The notes beneath the pieces are model-generated. The model was not told the DNA's origin and ran no database searches. It worked only from the letters and a program-made list of their open reading frames with translations. A program made the position numbers and the translations under genes. 46,685 nucleotides of DNA from Glaesserella sp. GTDB taxonomy: Bacteria; Pseudomonadota; Gammaproteobacteria; Enterobacterales; Pasteurellaceae. This document shows, in pieces, positions 19,528 to 34,079 of this stretch; the stretch's first letter is position 1, and each line of letters starts with the position of its first letter. The stretch spans positions 1-46,685 of the forward strand of contig JBGXMX010000194.1 in the NCBI GenBank assembly GCA_041809245.1, written 5' to 3'.

Positions 19528-20448
19528 TTATCTCCTGTCTTGTAAAAACTGATCGACATCTTCTCGTCTCGGAATTGCTGTTTGAGCCCCCATTCTCGTG
19601 ACAGAAATAGCAGCAGCTGCATGTGCAAAACGAATCGCATCTTTAGCTGATTTTCCTTCCAATAATGCCGTCACAAAAGCGCCGTTAAAGGTATCGCCTG
19701 CGGCTGTTGTATCTACTGCATCAACTCGGAAACCCGGAATAATTTCGCCTCGCCCTTTTTCACTGTAATACACGCCTTTTGAACCTAGGGTAATCAATAC
19801 CGTTTCGATCCCTAGTTGATGAAAATGGTTTGCTGCTACTGTTGCCGTTTTCTCATCGGTCACTTTAATCCCTGTCAGTATTTCCGCTTCCGTTTCATTT
19901 GGGGTAATGATGTCAATGTGTGATAACAAACTGTCCGGTAAAGGTTGAGCCGGTGCGGGATTTAACACCACTTTTACCCCGGCTGTTTTTGCAAATTTTG
20001 TGGCTAAAGTGACCGCTTGTAACGGGCTTTCTAACTGCATCAGCAGAATGTCCGCTTGTTCTATATGTGATTTATGTTGTTCAACTAAGGCTTCGGAAAG
20101 ATCCGCATTTGCCCCGGCGGAAATCACAATGCTATTTTCACCCGAATCGGCAACTTGAATCATCGCCAGCCCCGTTGATTGATTTGGAATGACACAGATT
20201 GCCGAAATATCGATACCATCTTGTTCAAAAGCTTGTTTCATCGTTTGTCCGATTTGATCATCGCCAATCGCACCGATAAAGCTGACTTTCGCTCCAACAC
20301 GAGCTGCAGCAACCGCTTGATTTGCCCCTTTTCCGCCATAGGCAATTTGATAGCCATAACCCGTTAAGGTTTCCCCCGCTTTGGGGAAATAAGGTACTCG
20401 AATGACATGATCAACATTGATACTACCGAGAACACAGAGTTTTTTCAT
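19528..20448 (-). CDS. rbsK: Ribokinase
   Basis: GSINVDH, GGKGANQA, PNETEA, DTTAAGDTF; start MKKL at 20448 after AGGAG. Confidence 0.97.
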   Translation of the reverse strand: MKKLCVLGSINVDHVIRVPYFPKAGETLTGYGYQIAYGGKGANQAVAAARVGAKVSFIGAIGDDQIGQTMKQAFEQDGIDISAICVIPNQSTGLAMIQVADSGENSIVISAGANADLSEALVEQHKSHIEQADILLMQLESPLQAVTLATKFAKTAGVKVVLNPAPAQPLPDSLLSHIDIITPNETEAEILTGIKVTDEKTATVAANHFHQLGIETVLITLGSKGVYYSEKGRGEIIPGFRVDAVDTTAAGDTFNGAFVTALLEGKSAKDAIRFAHAAAAISVTRMGAQTAIPRREDVDQFLQDRR

Positions 20449-20463
20449 AACTGCTCCTAAATA

Positions 20464-20523
20464 TAGAGGCGAAATATCTTTCGCCCCTAGTATGAAAATG
20501 GGGCAAATGTGATTTGCCCCTAC
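20464..20523 (-). repeat. Two GTAG-type REP/IDS palindromes between rbsB and rbsK
   Basis: Minus strand GTAGGGGCAAATCACATTTGCCCC and CTAGGGGCGAAAGATATTTCGCCTCTA. Confidence 0.75.
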
Positions 20524-20530
20524 CAACAAA

Positions 20531-21403
20531 CTATTTAGAAATGACTTTTAACGGAACCGGGATTTGTGCTTCAACTTTTTCACCTTTCAACACTTTATCC
20601 GCCGCTTCTACCCCTAACTCACCGATTTTTTCCGGTTGTTGAGCAATAGTTGCAGCAAGTTGTCCACCATTAACGGCTTTTACCGCATCATCCGTACCGT
20701 CAAAACCAACCACTAAAATGTTTTTACCTGATGCTTTGATCGCACGTAAAGCGCCTAATGCCATTTCATCATTTTGAGCAAATACCGCTTTGGCAGAACC
20801 GTGGCTGGCAAGTAAGTTTTCCATGACATTTAAACCTTTAGTACGGTCGAAATCCGCTGGTTGGCTGGCAAGCAGTTCAAATTGGTTAGCTTCCACCGCT
20901 TGTTTAAAGCCTTCACCACGTTCACGCGCTGCAGAGGTACCTGCAATACCTTCCAATTGAATCACTTTGGCATTTTTACCGACTTTTTCAGCGATAAAAT
21001 CCCCCGCCATTTTTCCGCCTGCCACGTTATCGGAGGCAATATGGCTCACGACATTACCTTTATTTGCACCACGGTCTAAGGTGATCACCGGAATATTTTT
21101 CTTATTGGCTACCGCAACGGCTGTGCCTACCGCTTCAGAATCGGTTGGGTTGATCAATAACACTTTTGCACCACGTACTGTCACATCTTCGACATTAGAC
21201 AGCTCTTTAGCCGGGTCATTTTGTGAATCCAACACCACTAAGTTATAGCCTAATTCTTTGGCTTTTTTCTCTGCACCTTCTTTCAAGGTCACAAAAAATG
21301 GGTTATCTAAGGTTGAAATTGCCAGTGCGATAGTTTCCTTTGCCATTGCTGATGTACTGAATGCTAAACCTAATGCAATCGCTAATGAAGTGAATTTTTT
21401 CAT
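20531..21403 (-). CDS. rbsB: Ribose ABC transporter periplasmic binding protein
   Basis: Signal peptide, [33 protein letters not shown]. Confidence 0.97.
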   Translation of the reverse strand: MKKFTSLAIALGLAFSTSAMAKETIALAISTLDNPFFVTLKEGAEKKAKELGYNLVVLDSQNDPAKELSNVEDVTVRGAKVLLINPTDSEAVGTAVAVANKKNIPVITLDRGANKGNVVSHIASDNVAGGKMAGDFIAEKVGKNAKVIQLEGIAGTSAARERGEGFKQAVEANQFELLASQPADFDRTKGLNVMENLLASHGSAKAVFAQNDEMALGALRAIKASGKNILVVGFDGTDDAVKAVNGGQLAATIAQQPEKIGELGVEAADKVLKGEKVEAQIPVPLKVISK

Positions 21404-21443
21404 AAAAATCTCCTATGTAATGAAGAATAATGTCTTAGAACAA

Positions 21444-22403
21444 CTAGACTTTTTTACGACCAATGAAGTTATCTAAGATAACTGCAGCTAAGATTACCAG
21501 TGCTTTCGCAACCAGTTGATAGTAAGAGTCAATGTCTAATAAATTCAAGGCATTGCTCAAGAAACCGATAATTAATGCACCGATTAACGTACCGATAATA
21601 CGACCTTTACCGCCCATAAGACTGGTGCCTCCCACCACGACGGCGGCTATTGCATCTAATTCATAGCCTGTTCCTGCCGTCGGTTGGGCAGATCCTAAAC
21701 GAGAAGTCACAATCAAACCTGCAAGAGCGGCTAATACACCACTTACCGCAAACACAAACAGTTTCACTTTATTGACGTTAATCCCTGAAAGCGCCGTTGC
21801 CGCTTCGTTGCCACCGAGAGCGTAAATATAACGTCCTATACGAGTTTGAGTGAGCACAAACCAACCTAATGTAAATAAGACAAACATCAGCCAAACAGGA
21901 ACCGGAATACCGAGCCAAATCCCCGTACCGATTTCGGCGAAGGCCTCGGCATTCTCGGAAAAACCGGTGCTAATCGGGCGACCACCCATATAAATCATGG
22001 TCACGCCACGTAATAACAGCATCGTAATCAAGGTTGCCATAAAGGCCTGTACTTTACCGAACGCCACCAGTGATCCGTTCAACAAGCCAATCAGCCCGCC
22101 AAAAATCAGTACGGTAGGAATCACCATATAAACCGGTAAATCCATACCGACTAACGTTGCGGCTACCGCACCGGTCAGTGCCAATACCGAACCGACCGAT
22201 AAATCAATGCCGGCAATCAAAATCACAAAAGTCATGCCAATCGCAATAATGGCGTTCACCGAGGTTTGACGCAAAATATTGAGCAAGTTATCCGTAGTAA
22301 AAAAATCCGGATTTAAAAATGACACCACGACAATCAACGTGATTAACGCGATAATCGACCGTTGGTCGATTAAAAATTTAGTGAGGTTAAACGATTTATT
22401 CAT
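21444..22403 (-). CDS. rbsC: Ribose ABC transporter permease
   Basis: GIDLSVGS, GGNEAA, GYELDAIAAVVVGGTSL; ATG 22403 chosen by RBS spacing. Confidence 0.96.
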   Translation of the reverse strand: MNKSFNLTKFLIDQRSIIALITLIVVVSFLNPDFFTTDNLLNILRQTSVNAIIAIGMTFVILIAGIDLSVGSVLALTGAVAATLVGMDLPVYMVIPTVLIFGGLIGLLNGSLVAFGKVQAFMATLITMLLLRGVTMIYMGGRPISTGFSENAEAFAEIGTGIWLGIPVPVWLMFVLFTLGWFVLTQTRIGRYIYALGGNEAATALSGINVNKVKLFVFAVSGVLAALAGLIVTSRLGSAQPTAGTGYELDAIAAVVVGGTSLMGGKGRIIGTLIGALIIGFLSNALNLLDIDSYYQLVAKALVILAAVILDNFIGRKKV

Positions 22404-22423
22404 TTGCAAATTTCCTATGAGAT

Positions 22424-23914
22424 CTAACCGCTTGTTTTACCTATTGCCGCCGCCAATAATTTCTCTTGCGTCGCTTCTTGACGGCTAAATTCACCGCTGA
22501 TGCGCCCTTCCCGCATCACTAAAATACGATCGGACATTCCCAAAACTTCCGGCATATCGGATGACACTAAAATGATACTCAGCCCTTCCGCTTTAAATTT
22601 ATTGATCAGTTGATAGATTTCTTTTTTTGCCCCGACATCGACACCTCGGGTCGGCTCATCTAAAATCAGCACATTCGGACGGGTCATTAAGCCTTTGGCA
22701 ATCGCCACTTTTTGCTGATTTCCGCCGGAAAGTTCTCCGATAATTTTTTCGGCATTGGGGGTTTTGATATTAAACAGCTCAATAAAATCCGTGACGACCA
22801 TATTCTCTCGAACTTTATCAATTCGTCCGTAGCGGGAAAATTGCTCTAATGCGGTCAACGACATATTCTCTTTCACCGACATACCTAGCACTAAACCGTC
22901 ACCCTTGCGGTCTTCAGAAATATAGACAATGCCGTTATCTAATCCATTTTGAGCAGTCTGGTTATAAATGTCTTTGCCATCTAATTTGACTGAGCCTGAT
23001 GTACGTGGCAATGCCCCGTAAAGTACTTTCATCAACTCGGTTCGCCCTGCGCCCATTAACCCTGAAACACCGAGAATTTCGCCTTTTTTCAGGTTAAATG
23101 AAATTTGATGAACACCACTTCCCGTCAAATCATTGACTTCAAGACGTACACTACTTTGATCGGTGTCGATATGCGGATATTGTTCTTCCAATTTTCGTCC
23201 GACCATCATTTCAATTAACTGATCTTCGTTTAAATCAACAACAGCTTTTTCACCAATAAATTGCCCGTCACGCAAAACAGTCACATCATCACAAATTTGG
23301 AAAATTTCTTTAATACGGTGGGAAATATAGACAATGCCACGACCTTCCGCTTTCAACTCACGAATTACCGCAAACAGCGCTTCGGTTTCCGTATCCGTCA
23401 GCGCATCGGTCGGTTCATCCATGACAATCACTTTGGATTCAAAGCTCAAGGCTTTCGCAATTTCTACCATTTGTCGTTCACCGATAGAAAGCTCACCTGC
23501 AGGCAAACGGCTAGAGTGGGTGACCCCAAGTCGGGCTAACAAGCGGTCGGATTCCGCATACATTTTACGCCAATCAATACCGCCCCAAGGGTGCGTAAAT
23601 TCACGACCAAGAAAGATATTTTCGGCAATCGACAAATTTCCCAAAATATTCAGCTCTTGGTGAATAATGCTCAATCCGGCTTCTTGAGAGGCCTTCGGAT
23701 TGGCAAATGTCACCGCTTGTCCCAGATATTCAATCGTGCCTGCATCACGTTGATAAATTCCGGTGAGAATTTTCATTAAGGTGGATTTACCCGCCCCATT
23801 TTCACCCATTAACGCCATCGCTCTACCGGCATAGACATTCAAACAAGCATTTTTAAGTGCCTGAACACCGGGAAAGGCTTTATCTATTCCGCTAATTTTG
23901 AGTAAGGTTTTCAT
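22424..23914 (-). CDS. rbsA: Ribose ABC transporter ATP-binding protein
   Basis: Tandem ABC domains, [29 protein letters not shown]; start 23914 or 23917. Confidence 0.96.
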   Translation of the reverse strand: MKTLLKISGIDKAFPGVQALKNACLNVYAGRAMALMGENGAGKSTLMKILTGIYQRDAGTIEYLGQAVTFANPKASQEAGLSIIHQELNILGNLSIAENIFLGREFTHPWGGIDWRKMYAESDRLLARLGVTHSSRLPAGELSIGERQMVEIAKALSFESKVIVMDEPTDALTDTETEALFAVIRELKAEGRGIVYISHRIKEIFQICDDVTVLRDGQFIGEKAVVDLNEDQLIEMMVGRKLEEQYPHIDTDQSSVRLEVNDLTGSGVHQISFNLKKGEILGVSGLMGAGRTELMKVLYGALPRTSGSVKLDGKDIYNQTAQNGLDNGIVYISEDRKGDGLVLGMSVKENMSLTALEQFSRYGRIDKVRENMVVTDFIELFNIKTPNAEKIIGELSGGNQQKVAIAKGLMTRPNVLILDEPTRGVDVGAKKEIYQLINKFKAEGLSIILVSSDMPEVLGMSDRILVMREGRISGEFSRQEATQEKLLAAAIGKTSG

Positions 23915-23923
23915 CATATCCAC

Positions 23924-24343
23924 CTAAAACGGTACGCCCGAATAGAGAATAACATTGGCATACGGACTACATTCTCCCGTTCTGACGACAGCTTTAGCTT
24001 GGTTACTTTGTTGCTTAAATTCACTGTGTGGAATATAGAGAATGTCAATGGTATTTTGTTGTACTCTTTGTGTTTGATGAATGATCTCTAATAGCTGTTG
24101 TTCAATTTGAGGATTAATCGTTTTAATTTCTTCGGCTAATACGATTTTTTCAATAAAAAGTTCACTGAGTACGACTTTTAGTGTGGTCAGAAAGTCAGGC
24201 ACACCTTGGGTTAAAGCCAAATCAATACAATGTTGCTCGGTAGGAATAGGCAATCCCGTATCACAAATGGTTAATCCGTCAGTATGCCCCATTGTGGCAA
24301 TCATATGAGAAAGTTGAGCATTTAAGATTGTTGTCTTTTTCAT
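23924..24343 (-). CDS. rbsD: D-ribose pyranase
   Basis: GHTD, IDLAL, VRTGECSPYANVIL; AAGGAGG RBS. Confidence 0.96.
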   Translation of the reverse strand: MKKTTILNAQLSHMIATMGHTDGLTICDTGLPIPTEQHCIDLALTQGVPDFLTTLKVVLSELFIEKIVLAEEIKTINPQIEQQLLEIIHQTQRVQQNTIDILYIPHSEFKQQSNQAKAVVRTGECSPYANVILYSGVPF

Positions 24344-24365
24344 CACAAACCCTCCTTAAAAAGTC

Positions 24366-24381
24366 ATCGAAACGTTTCGAT
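24366..24381. promoter_or_regulatory. RbsR operator
   Basis: Perfect palindrome ATCGAAACGTTTCGAT with the CGAAACGTTTCG core of LacI-family RbsR sites, at the predicted rbsD start site. Confidence 0.88.
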
Positions 24382-24387
24382 AATTAC

Positions 24388-24449
24388 AAGATAGATAAAA
24401 AATAATAAAAAGACAATTAAGTTAGTTTAGAAATGTGAGCTACTTCAAA
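24388..24449 (-). promoter_or_regulatory. rbsD promoter with class I CRP site
   Basis: TTGTCT (24416-24411), 17 nt, TATCTT (24393-24388); TGTGA-gctact-TCAAA at 24434-24449 centred near -61. Confidence 0.7.
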
Positions 24450-24457
24450 AAATAAAC

Positions 24458-25447
24458 TTAAAAAGAGTCGCGAATGATTAATTCAGGGGTAAGTTTTATG
24501 GCTTCTACTTCTGCTTGAGGTTGGTGAATACGTAAAATTAATTTCTCAACCGCGGCTTTCGCTAATCGGGCTTTAGGTTGATGAATAGTAGAAAGAGGCG
24601 GGTAAAGATATTGAGCCAGTTCGATATTATCGTAACCGATAATCGCAATATCTTGTGGAATACGCAATCCTGCTCGTTGAATCACTTGATACGCACCAAT
24701 CGCAATACTATCACTCATGGCAAAAACAGCTCGAGGGCGGTTTTCCAACGCCAATAATTTAGTCATCGCCTCGACACCACCGTCATAATGGAAATGGCTT
24801 TCGATAATCCATTCAGGGTGAATTTGCAAATTATTCTCTAAAAGTACCCGCTTGTAGCCAGCTAAACGGTTTTGAGCCAAAGGTTTTGAAAGTTCACCGG
24901 TAATAATAGCAATATCCTGATAGCCAGCATCAATTAATGCTTTTGTCGCAAGACTCCCGCCTAACTCTGAATTTTCGTGAATAATATCGACATTTAATGG
25001 TTGTTGCCACCAGTCAATCACAACCATTGGAAGTGTTAAATGAGTAATAGCACTTAAGTCAAAATTTTGTGGTTCTGCACACATCAATAACAAACCATCA
25101 ACTTGTTTTAATAACAATCGCTCTAGATGTTGCTGTAAATTTTGGCTGTTTCCGTCGGTATTGACTAAAATCAGGTGATAATGATGGCGTTCACAATAAC
25201 GTTCGACATGGCGAACTACTTCGGCAAAAAAGGGGTTGTTACTGGTCGTCACTATCATACCAATCGTGTTGGTTTCTTTAACTTTTAAACTTCTTGCCAC
25301 CAGTGAAGGACGGTAATTGAGCTCTTCAATCACTTTTTTCACTTTTAAGGTAATTTCTTCACTGACAAAACGGGAATTATTCACCACATGAGAAACGGTT
25401 GAAAGTGAAACACCTGCAATGCGGGCAATGTCCTTCATTGTTGCCAT
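24458..25447 (-). CDS. rbsR: Ribose operon repressor, LacI family
   Basis: [32 protein letters not shown]; adjacent to rbsD and operator. Confidence 0.9.
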   Translation of the reverse strand: MATMKDIARIAGVSLSTVSHVVNNSRFVSEEITLKVKKVIEELNYRPSLVARSLKVKETNTIGMIVTTSNNPFFAEVVRHVERYCERHHYHLILVNTDGNSQNLQQHLERLLLKQVDGLLLMCAEPQNFDLSAITHLTLPMVVIDWWQQPLNVDIIHENSELGGSLATKALIDAGYQDIAIITGELSKPLAQNRLAGYKRVLLENNLQIHPEWIIESHFHYDGGVEAMTKLLALENRPRAVFAMSDSIAIGAYQVIQRAGLRIPQDIAIIGYDNIELAQYLYPPLSTIHQPKARLAKAAVEKLILRIHQPQAEVEAIKLTPELIIRDSF

Positions 25448-25471
25448 AGAGAGCCTTTGGAAATAAGAAAT

Positions 25472-25506
25472 AAAAACGCCTTAACATAAAAAATATTAAG
25501 GCGCTT
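25472..25506 (-). terminator. Probable atp operon terminator
   Basis: CGCCTTAA...TTAAGGCG inverted repeat followed by a T run on the minus strand just after atpC. Confidence 0.65.
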
Positions 25507-25518
25507 CTGTATATAAGA

Positions 25519-25935
25519 TTAACGTCTATTCGCTAATTTCGTTTTCGTGAGTTCGTAAACACGCAGTTTCGCAATTTCTCTAGACAGTTTTGCAGTTAAG
25601 TCCGCTTCATTTGTCTTACTCATTGTTTCTTCTGCTTTGCGTTTTGCTGCAAGGATACGTTGTTCATCGAGTTCTTCTCCACGAATCGCAACGTCTGCAA
25701 GCACGGTCACAACAGTTGGTTGAACTTCAAGGAATCCGCCCGAGACATAGATATATTCTTCTTTGTCATCATCCAAAGTGAATTTTACCATACCCGGTTT
25801 AATGGCGGTTAATAGTGGGGTGTGCCCTGCGTAGACACCTAATTCCCCATCTACCCCTGAAACTCGAACGCTCGTTACTTGACCTTCAAAGATTTTACTC
25901 TCTGCACTAACGACTGTGAGTTCAAATGATGTCAT
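25519..25935 (-). CDS. atpC: ATP synthase epsilon subunit
   Basis: GELGVYAGHTPLLT, VSGGFLEVQP. Confidence 0.97.
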   Translation of the reverse strand: MTSFELTVVSAESKIFEGQVTSVRVSGVDGELGVYAGHTPLLTAIKPGMVKFTLDDDKEEYIYVSGGFLEVQPTVVTVLADVAIRGEELDEQRILAAKRKAEETMSKTNEADLTAKLSREIAKLRVYELTKTKLANRR

Positions 25936-25961
25936 TTTGTTCTCCTTTGTTCAAAGAACAA

Positions 25962-28222
<2,261 letters not shown>

Positions 28223-28245
28223 ATTATTTCTCCGCTAAAGTAGAA

Positions 28246-29787
28246 TTACCACGCACTATTCTTTTTGAAACTATCCAAAATCTCGACTAATTTCTCTTTA
28301 ACAGAATCATTGTAGTCGCCCGATTTGGTTAAATCTTTCATAAAGTCCGCATAATTGTTGTTTGCATAATCAAGAAGATTTGCTTCAAATGAACCAATGC
28401 GCTCAACCTCAACATTATCCAAATAACCAAATTCGGCCGCCGCTAATGATAATGCTAGTTGTGCAACCGACATTGGCGCAAATTGTTTCTGTTTAAGCAA
28501 CTCAGTCACTTTTTGACCGTGTGAAAGCTGCTTGCGGGTTGCATCATCCAAATCCGAAGCAAACTGAGCAAAGGCTGCTAACTCACGATATTGTGCAAGG
28601 GCTGTACGAATACCACCGGCTAATTTTTTAACCACTTTAGTTTGTGCAGAACCGCCCACACGAGATACCGAAATACCCGGGTTAACCGCCGGTCGAAGAC
28701 CTGCGTTAAAGAAGCTGGTTTCTAAGAAAATCTGACCGTCGGTAATCGAAATTACGTTCGTCGGAACGAATGCCGAAACGTCGCCTGCTTGGGTTTCAAT
28801 AATCGGTAATGCGGTTAAAGAACCGGTTTGACCTTTTACTGCACCATTGGTGAAACGTTCTACATAATCCGCATTTACACGCGCAGCACGCTCAAGTAAA
28901 CGAGAGTGTAGATAGAATACGTCACCCGGATATGCTTCACGACCTGGTGGACGGCGTAATAACAATGAAATTTGACGGTAAGCTACCGCTTGTTTAGATA
29001 AATCATCGTAAACGATTAACGCATCTTCACCGCGATCACGGAAGTATTCGCCCATTGCACAACCTGCATAAGGTGCAAGATATTGCAGCGCTGCGGATTC
29101 TGACGCACTCGCTACCACCACGATAGTATTTTGTAACGCACCGTGTTCTTCTAATTTACGTACTACGTTAGAAATGGTTGACGCTTTTTGACCAATCGCC
29201 ACATAAATACATTTAATGCCTGAATCACGTTGGTTAATGATCGCATCAATTGCTAATGCAGTTTTACCCGTTTGACGGTCACCGATGATTAACTCACGCT
29301 GACCACGACCGATTGGCACCATGGAGTCAACGGCTTTATAACCGGTTTGTACCGGTTGATCGACCGATTGACGATCGATAACGCCCGGAGCAATTACTTC
29401 AACCGGAGAAAAACCGTCATTTACGATTTCACCTTTACCGTCGATCGGTTGACCTAAAGTATTCACTACACGACCTAATAAACCGCGACCGACAGGCACT
29501 TCTAAAATACGACCGGTACATTGAACTTCCATACCTTCTGCTAAATCAGCATATGGACCCATTACTACCGCACCGACAGAATCTCTTTCTAAGTTTAATG
29601 CAATCGCATAACGATTGCCGGGTAATGCAATCATCTCACCCTGCATTACATCCGTTAAGCCATGGATACGAAGAACTCCATCGCTTACTGAAACGATCGT
29701 ACCAGTACTATGTGCATCACTGACCACATTGAACTGTGCAATACGTTTTCTAATCAATTCACTAATTTCTGTAGAATTTAGTTGCAT
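28246..29787 (-). CDS. atpA: ATP synthase alpha subunit
   Basis: [31 protein letters not shown]. Confidence 0.99.
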   Translation of the reverse strand: MQLNSTEISELIRKRIAQFNVVSDAHSTGTIVSVSDGVLRIHGLTDVMQGEMIALPGNRYAIALNLERDSVGAVVMGPYADLAEGMEVQCTGRILEVPVGRGLLGRVVNTLGQPIDGKGEIVNDGFSPVEVIAPGVIDRQSVDQPVQTGYKAVDSMVPIGRGQRELIIGDRQTGKTALAIDAIINQRDSGIKCIYVAIGQKASTISNVVRKLEEHGALQNTIVVVASASESAALQYLAPYAGCAMGEYFRDRGEDALIVYDDLSKQAVAYRQISLLLRRPPGREAYPGDVFYLHSRLLERAARVNADYVERFTNGAVKGQTGSLTALPIIETQAGDVSAFVPTNVISITDGQIFLETSFFNAGLRPAVNPGISVSRVGGSAQTKVVKKLAGGIRTALAQYRELAAFAQFASDLDDATRKQLSHGQKVTELLKQKQFAPMSVAQLALSLAAAEFGYLDNVEVERIGSFEANLLDYANNNYADFMKDLTKSGDYNDSVKEKLVEILDSFKKNSAW

Positions 29788-29799
29788 TTTCTATTCCTC

Positions 29800-30333
29800 T
29801 TACAAGCACAACTCTTGGCTCAAACGATTTAACTGACCACGACTACTGCCATCAATAACAATATCGTCGTAACGGATAATCACGCCTGCGATTAACGTAG
29901 AATCGACTTCTACCGTCACGCGCACATCACTGTTTAACTTTTTCTTCATCGCATCTGCGATTTTATTTTCCTGTGCCTTGGTTAATTTGGTTGCAGATGT
30001 TACAAACACATCTTTAACCGCCTCATACTCTGCTCGGATTTGGTTAAAACTGGCTAATACTGACGGTAACGCAGCGAGACGTTTGTTTTCAGCCATGACT
30101 CGAATGAAATTTTGCCCATATTGATCGAGTTGATCTCCACAAATTGCGATAAAAGTATCGGCAATTTTGGCTGGTGATAATGATGAATGAATAAACGCTT
30201 TAACTTCATCATTGTCGGTAACCAGTGCAGAAAACTGTAACATTTCCTGCCATTTATCTAACTGACCTTGTTCTAAAGCAAAATCAAAAGCTGCTTTAGC
30301 ATAGGGGCGAGCTACTGTTGTTAATTGTGACAT
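29800..30333 (-). CDS. atpH: ATP synthase delta subunit
   Basis: ARPYAKAAF; operon position. Confidence 0.97.
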   Translation of the reverse strand: MSQLTTVARPYAKAAFDFALEQGQLDKWQEMLQFSALVTDNDEVKAFIHSSLSPAKIADTFIAICGDQLDQYGQNFIRVMAENKRLAALPSVLASFNQIRAEYEAVKDVFVTSATKLTKAQENKIADAMKKKLNSDVRVTVEVDSTLIAGVIIRYDDIVIDGSSRGQLNRLSQELCL

Positions 30334-30346
30334 CTGCCCCCCTTAA

Positions 30347-30817
30347 TTATAATTCTGCAACTAGCTTATCAATGATGTCATTGTTTGCCGCTGCGTCAAC
30401 AGAACGACCCACAATTTTCTCTGCACCGGCAACCGCCAATGCAGCCACTTTTTGACGAAGTTCTTCTTGAACACGTTTACGCTCGCTTTCAACTTCGGCA
30501 TACCCCTGCTCAATAATTTTCGCACGCTCTGCTTCAGCTTCGGCTTGGACAGATTCTAAAATTTCATTGCGACGTTTAGTTGCTAAATCAATGATATGTT
30601 GTGCTTCCTCACGAGCTTTAGCGAGTTCTTGCTCAACTAAAACTTTAGTATCAGCTTGTTCTTGCTTCGCTTTTTCAGCGCCGGCAAGCGCATCGGCAAT
30701 ATTCGCCTGACGCGTTTCAATCGCTTTAATAAGCGGTGGCCACACGAATTTCATGCAAAACCACACAAACAGTGAGAATGCAATCAGTTGGCCTATTAGT
30801 GTTGCATTTAAGTTCAC
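30347..30817 (-). CDS. atpF: ATP synthase b subunit
   Basis: [22 protein letters not shown]; 156 aa. Confidence 0.98.
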   Translation of the reverse strand: MNLNATLIGQLIAFSLFVWFCMKFVWPPLIKAIETRQANIADALAGAEKAKQEQADTKVLVEQELAKAREEAQHIIDLATKRRNEILESVQAEAEAERAKIIEQGYAEVESERKRVQEELRQKVAALAVAGAEKIVGRSVDAAANNDIIDKLVAEL

Positions 30818-30878
30818 AACGCCCTCCTTAAGTCGGCTAAGTTACCAATGAGTAACTACGGTTAAAAACAAATCCGAC

Positions 30879-31163
<285 letters not shown>

Positions 31164-31210
31164 TTACGGCTAGGGTTAATAAAAAAGTTTTAAAAATATG
31201 TTCGGACTCT

Positions 31211-31258
31211 ACAAGCGGTCTGATTATTGCAAAATTTTGCAAAAAAGTGACCGCTTAC
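31211..31258. repeat. Inverted USS pair between atpB and atpE
   Basis: ACAAGCGGT (31211-31219) and degenerate ACCGCTTAC (31250-31258). Confidence 0.7.
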
Positions 31259-31271
31259 CCGTCCACTTTGT

Positions 31272-32066
<795 letters not shown>

Positions 32067-32092
32067 TTATCCCTTTGAAATTAAAAGAAATG

Positions 32093-32479
32093 TTATTTTG
32101 AACGCCACTTTAATAGAATGGTAAATAAATTATTACATACCAACATTAAAAAGAATCCACAGAAAAACGCAATCAAGTTTAGTTCACGATATAAGGTAAA
32201 CGCAGCCACGATAATAATAATGGTTGTTACCCATTTTAGCCCTTCGCCCAAGTAGAAAGCGGTCATTTTATGAGGGTTTTTTGCATATTTACGAAAAAAA
32301 ATCCAATAGACGAAGATCCAGTGGGGCAAAAGCCCTGCCAGTTCACCCAATAAAAGCGAAAAACCGCTATGCCCGCCCGACCACATCATCACAACACTTG
32401 CAACAATAATGGTAACAATACATTCAAGCAGCAGTGCCCGACGATATAGTTGCTTCGTTTGCTCGATGACGATTGACAT
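32093..32479 (-). CDS. atpI: ATP synthase protein I
   Basis: 128 aa hydrophobic, FYLGEGLK motif, first gene of the atp operon. Confidence 0.9.
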   Translation of the reverse strand: MSIVIEQTKQLYRRALLLECIVTIIVASVVMMWSGGHSGFSLLLGELAGLLPHWIFVYWIFFRKYAKNPHKMTAFYLGEGLKWVTTIIIIVAAFTLYRELNLIAFFCGFFLMLVCNNLFTILLKWRSK

Positions 32480-32557
32480 TGGTTAACTAAAACTCAGTAA
32501 AAGTAAACGATTGCGAACTGTAAACTAACTTAAAGTTATGCAATCAAAATCTAGTCA

Positions 32558-32586
32558 ATTATACGCAGATTGGGGCATTATTCCAA
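32558..32586 (-). promoter_or_regulatory. Sigma70 promoter of the atp operon
   Basis: TTGGAA (32586-32581), 17 nt, TATAAT (32563-32558). Confidence 0.7.
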
Positions 32587-32715
32587 CCTGTTAAGTAAAG
32601 AAAAGTGTGCTTTGCTTAACAGTTTTATAAAAAACTTTAACAAATGACTATTTTGTATACATAAAATGCTTTATCGTTCCTTAACTGGTACGATGAAACA
32701 ATTTGATTTGTGAGA

Positions 32716-32770
32716 TTCTCTTTACCGCCCCATTACAATATAATCGCCCAAGGTTGTGATTCTATTCACC
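32716..32770 (+). promoter_or_regulatory. Candidate promoter and CRP-like site for the ATP-grasp operon
   Basis: TTCTCT-17-TATAAT (32739-32744); TGTGA-ttctat-TCACC at 32755-32770. Confidence 0.55.
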
Positions 32771-32835
32771 TCTTTGCAAAATTAGCTTAGAATCTTACCG
32801 CTTACTATATTTATTTACGATTTTGAGGAAGAACT

Positions 32836-34014
32836 ATGTCCAAACCAATGAACTTTGTGATGATTTCCCCTCACTTTCCGACCAATTTTGAAACCTTTGC
32901 GGTCAGATTGCGTGAAAGTGGGTTTAATACGTTGGGAATTGCAGACACACCTTACGAGCAATTAAGCGAAGGCTTACGCAACTCGCTGACCGAATATTAT
33001 CGTGTCGATAATATGGAAGACTACGAACAAGTTTACCGTGCGGTCGGCTATTTTGCGCATAAATACGGTCGCATTGATCGAGTCGAGTCGCACAACGAAT
33101 ACTGGCTTGAGTTAGATGCCAAATTGCGTACCGATTTCAATGTCTTCGGTTATAAAAACGAAGATATGTTGGCAATCAAAACCAAAGCTCAGATGAAAGA
33201 AGTATTCCGCAAAGCAGGCTTAAAAGTGGCGAAAGGTCGTGTGTTTAAAGACGATGAAGATGCTCGCAAACTGGCAAAAGAGCTTAATTTCCCGGTTATC
33301 ATCAAACCAAATTCCGGTGTTGGAGCAAGCGATACCTACAAAATCAAATCCGCAGACGAATTAGAAGCTTTCTTCGGTTATAAAAATGCGCACGTTGAAT
33401 ACATTATGGAAGAGTTTATCGAAGGCGATATCGTGACTTTTGACGGCTTAACCGATAAAGACGGCAATATCGTGTTCTATTCAAGCCTCGAGTATTCTGA
33501 AGTAGTGTTGGAAACCGTCGAAAAAGATAACGATATGTTCTACTACGTACCACGTGAAATCAAAGAAGATTTGGTAAAACTCGGTCAGAAATGTGTGGAC
33601 GCATTCAACGTCCGCGAACGTTTCTTCCACTTTGAATACTTCCGTGTGAAAAAAACCGGCGAATTAATGCCGCTTGAAATCAACTGCCGTCCGCCGGGTG
33701 GTTTAACCATTGATATGTGGAACTATGCAAATGATTTTGACGTATTCAGAGAGTACGCGAATATCGTTAAAGAGAACAAATTCTACTCAAATATTACCCA
33801 TCCTTGGAATGTGGTTTATATCGCACGTAAAGCGAATAAAAACTACAAACACACCATTGATGAAGTATGCCAAAAATATGCAGCCAATATCATCAGCGTG
33901 CAAACCGTACCGGGTGTTTTCGCTAAAATTATGGGTGAGCACGGTATTTTGGCACGTACTGAAACCATGGAGCAAATGCACGAGATTACCCGCTTTGCCC
34001 AAGAGAAATATTAA
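32836..34014 (+). CDS. ATP-grasp domain protein, putative carboxylate-amine ligase of unknown substrate
   Basis: KTKAQMK, FPVIIKPNSGVGA, MEEFIEG, FHFEYF, LEINCRPPGG are ATP-grasp motifs; GAGGA RBS. Confidence 0.88.
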   Translation: MSKPMNFVMISPHFPTNFETFAVRLRESGFNTLGIADTPYEQLSEGLRNSLTEYYRVDNMEDYEQVYRAVGYFAHKYGRIDRVESHNEYWLELDAKLRTDFNVFGYKNEDMLAIKTKAQMKEVFRKAGLKVAKGRVFKDDEDARKLAKELNFPVIIKPNSGVGASDTYKIKSADELEAFFGYKNAHVEYIMEEFIEGDIVTFDGLTDKDGNIVFYSSLEYSEVVLETVEKDNDMFYYVPREIKEDLVKLGQKCVDAFNVRERFFHFEYFRVKKTGELMPLEINCRPPGGLTIDMWNYANDFDVFREYANIVKENKFYSNITHPWNVVYIARKANKNYKHTIDEVCQKYAANIISVQTVPGVFAKIMGEHGILARTETMEQMHEITRFAQEKY

Positions 34015-34079
34015 TCCATTGATTTATTTGTAGTTGGGTACAGCCATTTAGGCTGTACCTATTAAAATAGGAACACAAA

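Noticed and set aside
20449-20529. N-terminal extension of RbsK in the ORF track
   Set aside because: It is translation through two REP-like palindromes; RBS and homology favour ATG at 20448.
32480-32835. AT-rich spacer as possible oriC
   Set aside because: No DnaA boxes or GATC cluster seen; explained by divergent promoters.
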